Source: Zygnema circumcarinatum SAG 698-1b | Lineage: Eukaryota > Plantae > Zygnematophyceae | Length of the DNA stretch: 64,000 nucleotides | Reading direction: 5' to 3' | NCBI GenBank assembly: GCA_037447605.1 | Contig: CM074818.1 | Location: forward strand, 818,617 to 882,616 | Shown: positions 11,090 to 35,800 of the stretch, one piece after another | How the letters are laid out: every line of letters starts with the position of its first letter | Numbering within the stretch: the stretch's first letter is position 1 | The notes under the pieces: model-generated | What the model was told of the DNA's origin: nothing | The model's database searches: none | The model's input: only the letters and a program-made list of their open reading frames with translations | Program-made: the position numbers and the translations under genes

Positions 11090-14000
11090 TTCTCTGCATG
11101 CATTGAACAGCGGTTGAGTTTCATTGCAACCTCCAAAACGGAGCAAATCTGTTTCATTCCCCGCCATAGTAATCTGCCCCTTCACTCCTCCCGAGGGTGC
11201 ATTCAGCTGCAGCTTCCAGTCACCATCAGGGAGGTCCAATTGAATCTCATTGTTTTCCTGATGGAGCTCTAAAAAGATCTGGTCACTTGAATACCTAGGG
11301 AAGTAAAATAAAGGAAACAGTAGGGCCCCAAGATTAGGGTTTGTTCGATTGTTTTTTGGTTGGATAGACTGGCTTGCAATGTCGAACGAGTTGAATAGTT
11401 TCGGTGTTTGGTAGTGCCCGATGACCGAGAATGGAAAACATTCAGTTCTCAGGAACGAGTAAGCGGTAAAGGGATTACTTCAGATTTCAATGGTGAGGGG
11501 AGGTGGGGTGGGAAAGGGGGAGAGGAGAGAAGGCGGCGAGGGAGAGGAAGAGGACCAGGAGAGGCGAGAGGAGGAGAGATAGAAAAAAAGCTGAGAGTGA
11601 GGGGGAGTGGGGGGAAAGGAAAGAGAGGAGTGAGAAAAGTTCACGGTGAATACAAGTTCCAAACCTCCTCCCAGCTAAAAGAACCTTTAAAACAAATTCC
11701 CACAACCCCAGTGCATATTCCACACATTGTTTCTTCTTGCCCTAACTCTCTGCAGCAGGGTTGACGAGCAGCATCCTCACCAGCAAAGCCCAACGGGCAG
11801 CAGCATGCAGAGATTCCATGAGGCGGCCGCCTGCTCTTGTGGCGACGCAAAGTCGTTAGAGAGGCTGAGCACGACCCTTGTTGTGTTCGCGAACTTGCCG
11901 CAGTCCGCCAAACAGCCAAACCGTCCGAACTGTTCGTGCTCCGTCGGGGACTCGCAGATGCCGTTGCCGCACAATGGGTCCGCCCACACCGTCTGCAGGA
12001 AAAACCCGCACATTTCAGGAACTTCGTAGTCAGATTCGGGCACTCCAATTCCTAATCTTGCAGATCCAACCCTAATCTTGCAGGCTTAACCCTAATCTTG
12101 CAGGCTTAACCCTAATCTTGCAGGCTTAACCCTAATCTTGCAGGCTTAACCCTAATCTTGCAGGCCCAAACCTAATCTTGCAAGCCAAACCCTAATCTTG
12201 CAGGTCGAATCCTAATTTTGCAGGCTTAGCCCTAATCTTGCAGGCCCAAACCTAATCGTGTACGCCCAACCCTAATCTTGTAGGTCGAATCCTAATCTTG
12301 CAAGCCAAACCCTAATCGTGCAAACCGAACTCTAATCTTGCAGGCAGAACCCCAATCTTCAAGGATCAACAGTAATCTTCAAGGCCCAACTAAGCCAACT
12401 AGGCCTAACTTGGCAGACCAACTCCAATCTGGCAGGCCAACTTTAATCTGGCAAACTGAACCCTAATCTTGTAGGCTTAACCCTACTACTGATAGGCCTT
12501 ACCCTAATCTGGCACCCTAAACTGACAGGCACAACCCTAATCTGACAGGGCAATCCTTTGGTAGGCTTAAACAACATATTTGTAGGTCTTGGCATGACCA
12601 ACCCTAATCTTGCAGACCTTTCCAGAATCACGAGCTGATTTTGGAGCCCAAAACCCTAAGTCTGATGGCCCTTGCAAGCCAAATCCTATTTTGCAGATCG
12701 AAAGCCTACCTTTGGAGGTCCATCAATGCAAAACACAGCTCTCACTCTAATCTTGGAGGCAAAACTCTATTTTGCAGACCAAGCAATAGTTATGCAGACC
12801 TTAGCAGGTCAAACCCTAGCTTCACAGAACAAACTGTGTGGCTGCAGGAGAACATAACCCTAACTTCACCTCTTAACCCCTAAACCTTAACCCTCATCCT
12901 AACCCTAACCCTAACCCTAATTCTAACTCACCCTAATCCTGTCGAATCCATATCTTGCAGATGAAAGCCAGGCTCTACGGCTTCCTGTATGGAAAGGTAC
13001 ATATGCATGTTCTCAGGCGAGACTATGAACTTATCGAATGACCATATGAAAATGCATGTAGGGACCTAAGAATAAAGAGGAAAAGGAGAAGAAAATCAAC
13101 AAACCTGAATGAAAGAGTCATTTAGCCAATCATATATCTCGGAGGGGCCGTTGGAGAATATGACTGGAGCAGTCCCACTGGCGCCCTGCAAGCAGACATT
13201 TTAAATTACTTAATACCATACTCCCAATGAATAACAAGACGGTCCAAAGTGGAGTTTACACAACCTTCTCCCCCCAAGTCACTTCCACCTCCCCAAATTG
13301 TAAGCCTGACTAGCAATGACTCCTATGGCGCACACATGTGAGAGAAGATTCAAAGTTTTCTCGAATGACGAAATGTGACTCCGTCATTTAGGGTTTCCAA
13401 GAATCTGAACATTCAAGGAGTGTATGGTTTCCATTGCAACATGAAACAAGCAGGGAGAGGGAGTTGACATTACGAAGGAAGAGAGAGGGAGGGGTGGCAG
13501 ACCAGTGAGAGGGAGCCAAGAGAGTTGAAAAAGGAAACGGGTATTGAGAGAGTCAGAGACAGAGAGAAAGCTGCAACCCTAATACCCTGAGAATCGTGAG
13601 GAAGTCTCACCGGCGGAAGTAAAGCTTGATGAGAAGTAGAAATCTCATAAGTGAGAAGTGAGTTCGCTTGCAGGTACACCACCGCAATGTACAGAGCCGT
13701 GAACAGGACGAACGATCCCAACTGAATGTACTTCCAAATGTGGTCGTTGGCCTGATGAACTTTGGCATAAATTTCTGCATTCTCCTCAAAAACCTATCAA
13801 TAGCAGTTCACACATTTCTTATTGAAAGCTTCAACTTCGCCCAACGTATTTGGGATTGGAAAGGGACCCATAATAGTCAGCTAGTCCTCTTGCTTCATTG
13901 GAAAAACGATAACATTCTGAATGTTCTTTTTATATTCCGGTATTTTGCATTCTGTATGTACATTAAACGTTACAATTACATTTGTACACAAAGATTAGAC

Positions 14001-14706
14001 ATTTGTATGTGCTCATGTCATTGCCGGTACAATCATCTTGACCTGCCAGGACTTGCTTTTCGTCCATCCCATCGTAGAATCCGTCATCTCCGCCTCCTTT
14101 TAACATGACTCTGCATTCAACAGCATCGCATTTTCAGCTGCAATGCACCCAAAAACCTCGCACAAAAATATCCTGACATGAACCCTAAGTTGAACCCCGA
14201 AACAAATCCTGAAACTAAATCTTCAATGGAGCTCCCCTTCCCTCAGTCCCTCTCTCTCTCTCCCACTCCCCCTCCCTCTTCCCCTCCCTCCTCCATCCCT
14301 CCCTCTCTCCCTCCCCCCCCCTCTCTCTCTCTCCCTCTTCCCCTCCCTCCACTTACTCCTCATCCGCCTCCTCAAAAACCTCGTGCTCCTTCAGAGACCT
14401 CCCATGGAACCCCTCCTTTCCATGCCTCTTCCGTTCAGTTCCCGCCTGTTGAACAAATTCCGAAACAGCCGCCGTTCTCCCATCGGCCGGCGTTGAGTGG
14501 GAGCGCGTGAAGCCGGGGCGGTAGCTGTGGGCGGCCGCCGACAGGGAAAGCCCCGCCACATGCTCCCGTACAGTCATACCCAACTGAACGGAGTACGGCT
14601 GCGTGGAACCCCCGTCGAGGTCGTGCGTGGGAATGCCGCTGTGGTAGGGCTCACCCCCCGGCCCGTCCCCGCCCTCCTCCAGCAACTGCACGGCCTGCGC
14701 CGCCAT
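11090..14706 (-). CDS. Polycystin/TRPP-like channel, paralog B; first six exons (14706-14357, 14110-14043, 13774-13611, 13185-13105, 11992-11781, 11294-11090), remainder in the gap
   Basis: Exons 2-6 have the same lengths as in paralog A (68, 164, 81, 212, 205 nt), with near-identical peptides in exons 3-6 (GSFVLFTALYIAVVYLQANS, TVWADPLCGNGICESPTEHEQFGRFGC, DLPDGDWKLQLNAPSGG). Confidence 0.8.
12051..12620. repeat. 20-bp minisatellite (consensus CCTAATCTTGCAGGCTTAAC) in intron 4 of paralog B, degenerating rightwards
   Basis: Near-perfect units at 12051-12350, progressively diverged beyond. Confidence 0.9.
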
Positions 14707-15906
14707 GGCTGCTGGGAGAGGGCCAGGGAGAGGGGCAAGGGAGAGGGAGAGGGCGATAGCTGGCGAGGGAGAGGGAGAGGGCGGGATAGGGGGAGATGGA
14801 GGGAACACTTCCAAAGGTTCAATCAAAAGCCAGTCTACGTGGACATTATGGTCTGACGTGACAGGCTGTGATTGGTTCAATTCATCCACATCATGATGAC
14901 GTGGATCTGCCGCACCTGCGAGATTGGCCGGGAGAAGTGACGGCGGCGGAGGCCGTTTGGGGGCGGCGAACACGGAGGGTCTAGGTTCCATGTAAACTGG
15001 CCACGTCGGATTGAACTGAGCTCCGTGGAAAACTCGCGTTCCGTAAAACGCTGTCGTGGCAACCACGTCGATGCCACATCGGTGCCAATAGTGCCACGTC
15101 AGTGCCATTGGTGCCACGTCGGTGCCATGTCACTGGCTGGAGGCGGGCGTCGATTGTGGCGGACACCAGTACGGACGCGATATCGCGTGACATCCGATAC
15201 GCTCGATACGCTCTATATGAGTCCTCGCAGGTGGCGAGCTGAACGGTGTGATATCTAAAAATAAGGACAATCCTGGCCCTTACTTTTTAGCCCTTTCATT
15301 TCTTACAGCAAGTAAGAACTGATGAGGTAGCAGGAATTGATAAGAGTGAACATGTAAAACTTGCATCAGAAAGAGAGAGAGAGAACAAGAGAGAGAGAGA
15401 GGGCGGAGGGAGGAGCGCGAGAGTGGGGGGGAGTGGGAGCGTGAGAGAGAGAGAGAGGGAGGGAGAGGGGGAGAGGGGGGGGCAGGGTGATGGAGAGAAG
15501 GGGGGAGTGAGAGAGAGAGAGGGGGGAGGGAGAGAGATCGACGGGAAGGGAGAGGGAGAAAGAGACCGAGAGGGAGAGGAGGGGGGGAGGGGAGGGGAGG
15601 GGGGGGTAATAGGGGGAGGGGGAGGGGTGGAGTAGAGAGAGAGAGGGAGAAAAAAAAAACGATCAAAAAGTCTACCTTTCCTCTGCTTATTTCTCGGAAA
15701 TATTCCGCGCTCACTGGAGCAATACAAAAGCAGCCAAAAACAGAAAAACCTCCCAAAAAAAAAAAAAAAAAAATCTGCCTCTCGAAAGCTGCACGAAATC
15801 GTGGCGAAAATCTTGGCCCTCTCTGCGGCCTCAAATTGACCTAAAATTGATTCCGCAATTCCAAAATTTGGCCTCAACTGAATGCATGGAACCAGCCGCC
15901 CCGTAA

Positions 15907-18900
15907 TCACGATATCCCCAATTTCCCCAATTTCGGAACCGGCATTTCGGAGGAATTATTATTTGCAGAAGACAGGGACCGAGGGGTGCCGGCCGCAGGG
16001 TTTGAACTCGGGACCTGCCAGCTGGACTCGACCAAAAGCCGCTTCAAAAGTTCGTAAGAAGAAAAGAAAATCGCTCCTTGAGAGACGTATATCATCAGTC
16101 GAGGCAGAAGGCCCCTGTACGGAACAGACAAAAGGGGTTTAGGATTATTAGGGTTTGAGAGTTATATCGGGTTTCGAGGGTTTTAGCAGCTCCTTCCTTA
16201 CCTCCATCCCACCCTCTCCTCCTCCCCTTTCCCCTCTCCTCTCCTCCCTTTCTCCGTCACCATTTCCCTCTCTCTCTCTCCTCCCTCTCCCCTTGCCCCT
16301 AACTCTGTCTCTGCCTCTCCCTCCCCCTCTTCCTTTTCCCCCTCGTCCTCTCCCTTTCCCACTCCCTCCCCCTCACCCGCTCTCACTCACTCACCCTCTT
16401 CTTCGCCCTCTCCCTCTCCCTCGTCCTCTCCATCGCCCTCTCCCTCTCACACTCCCTCTACCTCTCATTCTCCCTCTCCCTCTCCCTCTTCCTCTCCCTC
16501 GCCCTCTCCCGCTCCCTCTTCCTCTCCCTCTTCCTCTCCCTCTCCCCCTCTCTCCCCATCGCCCTCTTCCCTCCCACTCTCACACCTGTAAAGGCCGCCC
16601 ACTCCCTCCTCCACGGCAATTCGCAGAAAGGCGTCCGCAACGCCGGTGTACTGCACGCCGCCCGCTGCCTGGGATAGGAGGGAGAGACAGAGAGAGATGA
16701 GGGGGAGACAGAGAGAGATAGGAGAAGGGAGAGGGGGTGAGGGTGAGAAAGAGGGTCAGGAGAAACGTAGAGAGAGGTGAGAGAGAGAGAGAGAGGTGTA
16801 TGGGGAGGGGGATTGGAAAGGTGATGGATCACAGGTACACATTAACTTTTCAAAAAGTTGTCCCAAGCAAGTTTACATGCTTTTGAAGGGTTTTTTTTTA
16901 AGTTGCGGGCAGCAGAAGATTGGGATGAAAGGAAGAATGAATGAAAAGAATTTGACCTCGAAATCGGTTATGTTCATTCATCACCTTTGGGACATCACCA
17001 AGATGTTATGACAGTGTTTTAATCAGAAGGGAAGTTCTTAAAGTACACTAAAAAACTCACTTGGGTTTGAAGGCGGGTCTTGATCACATCAAAAGGCGTA
17101 GTGAAAAAAGCAGCAGTGGAGCCGGCTGCTCCTCCAATCAGAAGCTGAGAAAAAAATCATAGAAAATTAAACGAATAGGTAAAACAAAATTGTCAATTAC
17201 CAAGTTATGATTTGTGGTTTTCATTCGTCGAACTCACCCATCCTCCCCCCATCTTTCCTGTTTTTTCTCTGTTTCGGTGTTTGCACGCAGCAGTCCTTGA
17301 AAGATTGGGGTTCCATACTGTAAAAAAGCTTTCAGGCTTTTCAGAAAGTAGGCATTGGGTTCTTAGGGTTTAGGGTTCAGGATTTAGGGGTTAGGGTTCA
17401 GGGTGTAACGTTTAATGTATAGGGTTCAGGGTTTAATGTTTAGTGGTTAGGGTTCAGTGCTTAGGGTTCGGGGTTTAGGGTTTAGCGTTCAGAGTTTAGG
17501 GTTCAGGGTTTAGGGTTTAGGGTTTAGCATTCAGGTTTAGGGTTTAAGGTTCAGGGTTCAGGGTTTAAAGTTGAAGGTTTAGGCTTTAGGGCTCAGGTTT
17601 TAGGGTTGAGGGTTGAGGGTATTCGGATTTTAGGGTTGATCGGGGTCTTTCACATGTGAGTTATCGAGGGCGGTACCTGCGTGACAGGTGTCATGCGCTC
17701 ATTGGCGGCCTTATCCTTCAAAGCTCTGTGCTTGAGCGCTTCGTAAGTCCAAAACTGCACACATTTTTCAGTCAAGATTTTAACCCTTATAAAACCCTAG
17801 TAAATCCCAAACAAAAAAGTTAACTCTAACAGAATCCTAACAAAACCCTTCTCAATTCTCAATTCTAAAAAGCAAAAAAAATCCCTCAAGAGTCCGAACA
17901 ACGCCCAAGCAGCAGTTTAGGGTTTCTGGAAAATTAGGGTTTCCTTTTTTAGGGTTCTGAAATACCTTGGACCCAAAAATAGTTCCGTATGAATGAATGA
18001 ATGAATGAAGGGGAGATGTTGTATTGGCGCACACCTTTATAACGGACTGTGGCACGTTACGGCATAGAACGGCTCCGAGACCTTTGTAAAGAGAGGAGAC
18101 ACCCTCCGTCCGAGCAATGCCGATCAGAGCTTCCCTGTAAGCAATGACACAAAAAAAAAAATTTAGAAAAAAAACCATGTCCATGTAAAAGAAACAAAAT
18201 GGACGAACCGAAACCAAGAGAAACAAATTCATGCAACCAAAAATATATATAAATATACATATATCAACAAATTATCCTCCTCTATTACCAACCAGCTTGT
18301 CTTGTAGAGGGTAGTTCCGAGCTGCATTCGCTGCTTCACTGCCTCGCTCGGAGTGTACACGGCGGAGGTTGCCACGCTGGCAGCCCCTCCGGCCACACAG
18401 TGCGCGACAGCTGTCCACTCCTGCCCGCCCCCCCCCCCCTCTAGGGTTAGGGTTTAGGGTTTAAGGTTTGGGGTTTGGGGTTTGGGGTTTAAAGTATAGG
18501 GTTTGGGGTTTGTAGGGGGGTTGGGGTTTGAGGTTCGTAGAGGGTTTGTGGACACTATTTTAAGTTTAGGGTTTAAGGTTTCGCATGTAGAGCTCAGGGC
18601 TTAGGTTTTAGGGTTTTAGGATTAAGGTTTATAGCTTCGGGTCTAGAGTTTAGGGTTTAGGGTTTAGGGTTTAGGGTTTTAGGATGTGCTGACCTTGGGC
18701 AGGCGCGGCAGAAGCGCCCCCTTGACGGCTTCATAGGTGGAGGTGTAGATGGCGGAAATGGGCGCCGCCGTCACCAGGTTCGCCCCCAACCCCTTGTAGA
18801 GCCCGCCGGGCCCTGAACCCTCGCGGCAGATCGAGGTCAGGGAGTAGGGTGTGGGGTGTAGGGTTTATGGTTTAGCGTGTAGGGTTTAGGGTTAGTTTTA

Positions 18901-20234
18901 GGGTTGGGGTTTAGGGTTCAGGGTTTAGGGTTTAGGGTTTAAGGTTTAGGGTTCGGAGTTTGGGGTTTAGGGTTTAGGGTTTAGGTTTTAAATTTTAGGG
19001 TTTAGGGTTCGGGGTTTGGGGTTTGGGGTAAGGGTTTAGGGGTTTAAGTTTAAGGGTTTAGGGTTTGAGGATAAGAGTGAAGGGTTTAGGTTTTAGGGGT
19101 TTGAGTTAGTTAGAGTTTGGGGTTTGGGGTTTGGGGTTTCGGATGTCAGAATAGGGTTTAGGGTTAAGGGTAAGGTTTAGAATTCAGTGTTTTGGGTTCA
19201 GGGTTTAGGGTTCATAATTTCGGGTTCAGGATTTAGGATATTAATGATTAGAGTTTGGGGTTAAGGGTTTCGGGAGTAGGGTTTATTGATTAGTGTTTCG
19301 GGTTCAGGGTTCAGGGTCTAAGGATCAGGTTTAGGATTAAGGGTTTAGGCCAAGAGTCTAGGTTTAGGGTTCAGGGTTTCAGATTCAGGGTTCAGGATTT
19401 GGGTTTAAGGGTTTAGAGTTTGGCGTTCAGGGTGTGGGGTTAGGGTCCAGGGTAGTTCGGAGTAAGGTTCAACATTAGAATTTAGGGTTAACAGAGCTAA
19501 GGGTTTAAGTTTAGGGTTTAGGATTCAGGACTGAGGATTCAGAGTCAAGGGGTTCAGCATTTTTTGTTCGGTGCTCAGAGTTGATCACCAGTCAGTGTTC
19601 AGCATTTCATTACTTCGCCTGGAACACCAAAAAACGTAAGAAAACTAAAACCTAAAAAAGTACACCCTTTCCACCCAGAACCCCCTCCCCGCCACACCCT
19701 ACACCCTAAAACCCTAAACTCCCTCCCACCCCCTAAAACCCTCGACCCCCCCTCCACTACCCCCTGAAACCCTCAACCCCCCCTCCCCCACCCCTGAAAC
19801 CCTCAACCCCCTCTCCCCCAAGACCTAAAACCCTCAACCCCCCCCCTCCCCCACCCCCTAAAACCCTGAACCCCCTCTCCCTCCCCCCCTGAAACCCTAA
19901 ACCCTTCCCCCCTTCCCCTCCCCCCCGGCTCACCTGTTTCCCTGACGAAGGCGGCGAGCGCCTGGAGGCCCGCGCGCCCTGAACCCCTCCGGCTCTGGAG
20001 GAGGGTTTTGGCCGTGTCTAGAGGGTGCAGGCAGCAGCTCACTGCCGCGCCGGCCAGGCCCCCCGCGGCGGCGGCCCTGAACCCGGCCGGCTTCCGTACG
20101 CCCTCCGTACGCCCTCCGTACGCCTTTTGGACGTCGCGCCACTTGACGGTGAGGGAGGGGCTGCCGGCCGGCAGGGACACGTGGCAGGCGGAGATTGGAG
20201 GGTTGGGGACACGTGGCGAGGGTGAGTCGCCCAT
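15907..20234 (-). CDS. Mitochondrial carrier family (SLC25) protein, SAM-carrier-like, resembling Arabidopsis At4g11440; about 8 exons
   Basis: Three carrier repeats with P-x-[DE]-x-x-[KR] signatures: HPLDTAKTLLQ, TPSEAVKQRMQ, TPFDVIKTRLQ. Also GLYKGLGANL..APISAIY, LCRNVPQSVIK and GLYRGLLPRLMIYVSQGAIFFSSYE. Confidence 0.9.
17357..17640. repeat. Degenerate telomere-like (TTTAGGG/TTCAGGG)n tract in a carrier intron
   Basis: Direct reading. Confidence 0.85.
18442..19550. repeat. Degenerate telomere-like (TTTAGGG)n tracts in two carrier introns, interrupted by the exon at about 18694-18812
   Basis: Direct reading. Confidence 0.85.
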
Positions 20235-21254
20235 GGGGGGCTAAGAGGGCGCCACGTGGCGCCTACATGGCAAGGCGGCTGGCTCCACGTCGGCACAGCT
20301 GGCGGCACGGCGGGGGGTTGGACCTGCCGTTCTATGTCCCAATTGACCGTTTCTGTCCTACGGAACTATATTTAAAAAATATATTTTGGAGCCGATTTAT
20401 AAACCAGTAATTTTTTTTAAATAAATCAATCAACCAATCGTTTTTTGCCACGTAGGACGGTTTGTGCACATGGCGGTTCAGGATTGGAGGCTGCTCGAGT
20501 GATTATTCTCCAACATTTCAAAATGCAGAAAGGCCTTCCACATGTGAACGGAATCAGGTCAGAGCGGATCTGCAAATATCCGGATCAGCCACTTGCTCGT
20601 GTGAACAGCCACCTTGTCCGGATGTTGTCGGCCGCGAAGTGTGACAGGGAGTCCGAATTATCCGGTTCGCGTCGGCAACCCGCCCTTCCTGGGGTGCCCA
20701 GCTGTCCTCCTCCCCCTCCCTCTCCTCCCTCTCTCCCTCTCCCTCTCCTCTCTTTTTCTTCAACTATTCTACATAATCATCACTTGATCCCACCCTTTTG
20801 CCCTCTCTCTCTCCCCCCCTCCCTGCCTTCTTCCCTCTCTCCTTCCCTCCCCCTCTCCCTCCCTCACTTCCTCCCTCCTTTCGCTCCCTCCCTCGTCCCT
20901 CGCTCCCTCCCTCCCTCTCCCTCCCTCCCTCCCTCCCTCCCTCCCTCCCTCCCTCCCTCCCTTCCTCTCTCCCGCGTCCTTTTGCTCCTTTTCTTTCCCT
21001 CCCTCCCTCCCTCTCTCCATCCTCCCTCCCTCCCTCCAACCCTCCCTCCCTCCCTCCCTCCCTCCCACTCTCCCTCTCACAGCCCGCAATGATATCCCTA
21101 TCTGACCAAGCTCTGGCCCAAGCCCAACCTCTCCGCCTCTTCTCAAGCGGTCCCCGCTCTTCTCCCAGTCACAGTTTCACTTCCAGCTACGGTTTCCGCA
21201 TTCCTCTCCCTCCTTTGCAGTATTGCTGACGTCAGCCCTAATTTTTCTGCCGCC

Positions 21255-32882
<11,628 letters not shown>

Positions 32883-35800
32883 AAAGAAAAAAGAAAAAAT
32901 TGTTTGGCTCAAACAAACATTGTACCGCAATAATCATTTTGGGAGGAGAGAAGCGTAAGGAGAGGGTGTTCTTTCTTTCCGGAAATTTTTTTTTTTTAAT
33001 GCGCTGTAAACCAAGAAAGAAGATAAGGCAAGAAGATTGGGAGAGAAGACTCCTCGTGATTTCTTTGAAGCTTTCATGCAAATGCGGGTTTCTATGAGGT
33101 CTAGTTCCGTTGAAATTTGCGTCAAGTTCGCCTTTGAAGGAATACAGACTTGGAGGCTTTTGGAATTTGGGTTTTTTCTTAAAGCAATTTAGAGAGATAT
33201 AATATGGGACTGCGCCCCCCCCCCCCCCCCCCCCCNNNNNNNNNNCCCCCCCCCCCCCCCCCCCCCCCAAAACAATGGGTCTAATTTAGGGGTGACTGAA
33301 ACTGGCTAAAACCTGTCTAGTTTTTATGTTATATCCCCCTTAAGAAAAAAAAAACCACCCGCTCCCCACCATGTTCTTGTTAACTTAACGAGATAAAGTT
33401 GTTGATTTGAACTTCAAAATAGACATGTTTTAGCATTAGTTTTCCAAAAATTTGAGCAGTTTTTATTTCTTTGTTAACGCCCCTTCCTCCGCCCTCGCCC
33501 TCCTCTACAAGAAGGGCGTCCGGAAGCCTGCGCACGTCCGAGCCAGCGCCTGGCCGGGACCGGGGGAGGGGCTCGGCCCGCCATGGCATGGCATGGCGGA
33601 GAGAGGGGTAGAGAGGAGAGGGCCCTCCCGTGTGGGGACGCGGTCGCGAGAGAGGGAGAGGGAGAGGGAGTGGGAGAGGGAGAGGGAGAGGGNNNNNNNN
33701 NNAGAGGGAGAGGGAGAGGGAGAGGGAGAGAGGGAGAGGGAGAGAGGGAGAGAGGGAGAGAGGGAGAGAGGGAGGGAGAGAGGGAGAGGGAGAGGGAGAG
33801 GGAGAGGGGCCAACGAAGGGTAAAGGAAAGGGAGGGCGAGACACGCACGGCAGCTATTGGCCAATCGTGGCCAGACCATTGCCAATGGTTGGCAGGCATT
33901 CTCAACGAGCAGAGGACGAACCAAACAACGGAGGCCCCAACGGTGGCGGAAGTGAAACCACGAAATTAAAAAAAACCAAAACCGGAAACCAGAAACCAGA
34001 AACCAGAAACCAGAAACCGAAAACTTGCGCATACAAAAGACAAAAAGGAAAAAACCTAAAAAGCTCGCAACCAGAAACCGACAAAAAAGGCAGCAGCGAA
34101 TGAAAGGGTGACACGTGGAAAATGCGAGCAATAAGCCAACAACTCGAGGCTGCCACGTGGCAACACCGGCGGGGGGGCGCAACTAGTGCTAGGTCGGTGA
34201 GTCCGTCTGATAACGACAAATTTGTTTGTCGTATTTTAATGTACGGTCCAGGTACCGTACCTGGATGGTGAAATTGTGGGGCCAGCAAATCGGACTTTGA
34301 TTTTTTACATTTAAAAAAATCATGATTTTATCAAATATATTATGACTTGGCGTTCGCTCATTGGATAAACTGCCACTTTTTATTATATGAAATGGTGAAA
34401 TTTATGCCGTACTGTACGAATTCTTGTCGCGACCTGTCGCCGTTTGTACGGCAAGCGCAGGTCCTTTTTGGTACCTTCGCGAAAGTACAAACCGTACAGT
34501 GACTTTCTGAGCCTGTTCGGAACCTTTTTCGAACCTCTTTCGAACGTTTTCCGAAGCCAAATTGGAGGCTGGGTGCCCTGCCGAACCAAAACCGCGCAGT
34601 TTGGACTTTGGAGTGAGGAAAGCGCGCCCTGCATCGCGGGGCTCCAAACTTTGAATCGTGAGTGAAGGGAGGGAGGGAAGGGGAGGGAGAGCGAGAGGGA
34701 GGGAGGGAGGGAGGGAGGGAAGGGGAGGGAGAGCGAGAGGGAGGGAGAGGGAGGGAGAGGGAGGGAGAGTGAGGGGGAGGGAGAGTGAGGGGGAGGGAGA
34801 GGAAGTGGGGGGAGAGGGAGTGAAGGGGAGGGAGAGGGAGAGAAGGGGAGGGAGAGGGAGAGAGAGGGAGAGTGAGAGGGGGGAGAGTTAGAGAAGGGGA
34901 GGGAGAGGGAGAGAGGGAAAGGGAGAGGGAGAGGGAAAGGGAGAGGGAGGGAGAACGGGAGAGGGAGAGGAGTGGAGGGAGGGAGAGGGAGAGGGAGAGG
35001 GAGAGTTAAAGGGAGAGAGGGAGAGAGGGAGAGGGAGAGGGAGAGAAGAGGGAGAGGGAGAGGGGGAGGGGAGAGGGAGAGAGAGAGGGAGAGGGAGAGG
35101 GAGAGGAGAGGGAGAGGGAGAGGGAGAGGGAGAGGGAGAGGGAGAGGGAGAGGGNNNNNNNNNNGGAGAGGGAGAGGGAGAGGGAGAGGGAGAGGGAGAG
35201 GAGAGGGAGAGGGCGAGGGAGAGGGCGAGGGAGAAGGAGAAGGAGAGGGAGAGGGAGAGGGAGAGGGAGAGGGAGAGAGAGGGAGAGAGTGAGTGGGAGG
35301 GAGGGAGCGGAAACGGCTCATTCCCATTCTGTTCAAATGCCTGCAACAAGCCACGCAGCAGGACTTCGCTGAGGCGCCATTTCGCCATCAGGTACATATC
35401 GGGCCGCTGTTCGCCCGCCCGCCCGGCCGGTACAGGGTGTAGGGTTCCGAGTCTGTGGCGCTGGCCCCTGCAAGGAGGCGGAAATGCGGGACAGGGTCCT
35501 GGTGGTCGCGCCGCGAGGGGCGGTTGAGGTTGGCGGCGCTTTGGGCTGGCGCGGGCTCAAGCGCAGAGGGCCGCGTGGTTAGGGTTGCGGGAGAGGGCTC
35601 TGTGCGGGCGTGCCGGAGCGCCTCTTGGCGTGGCTCGCAGCAGGAACAGGGAGGGGAGGGAGAGACAATGGTTTTGAAGAATATCTTGGTCTGATTGTTT
35701 GGTTTCCGTTCGGTTTTCAAGCGACACTTTAGAGTGGGATTCAGTGGTTCTGGCCATTGCGCAGATTAGGGCTTGCTTGCTGTAGAGGAGGGAGAGAGAG

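Noticed and set aside
12051-12620. Regularly spaced repeats resembling a CRISPR array (also 41698-42090)
   Set aside because: The units are head-to-tail with only a few variable bases, no unique spacers and no cas genes; they are eukaryotic intronic minisatellites.
18840-19550. True chromosome end
   Set aside because: The repeats are degenerate and lie within introns of an intact gene, with genes on both sides.
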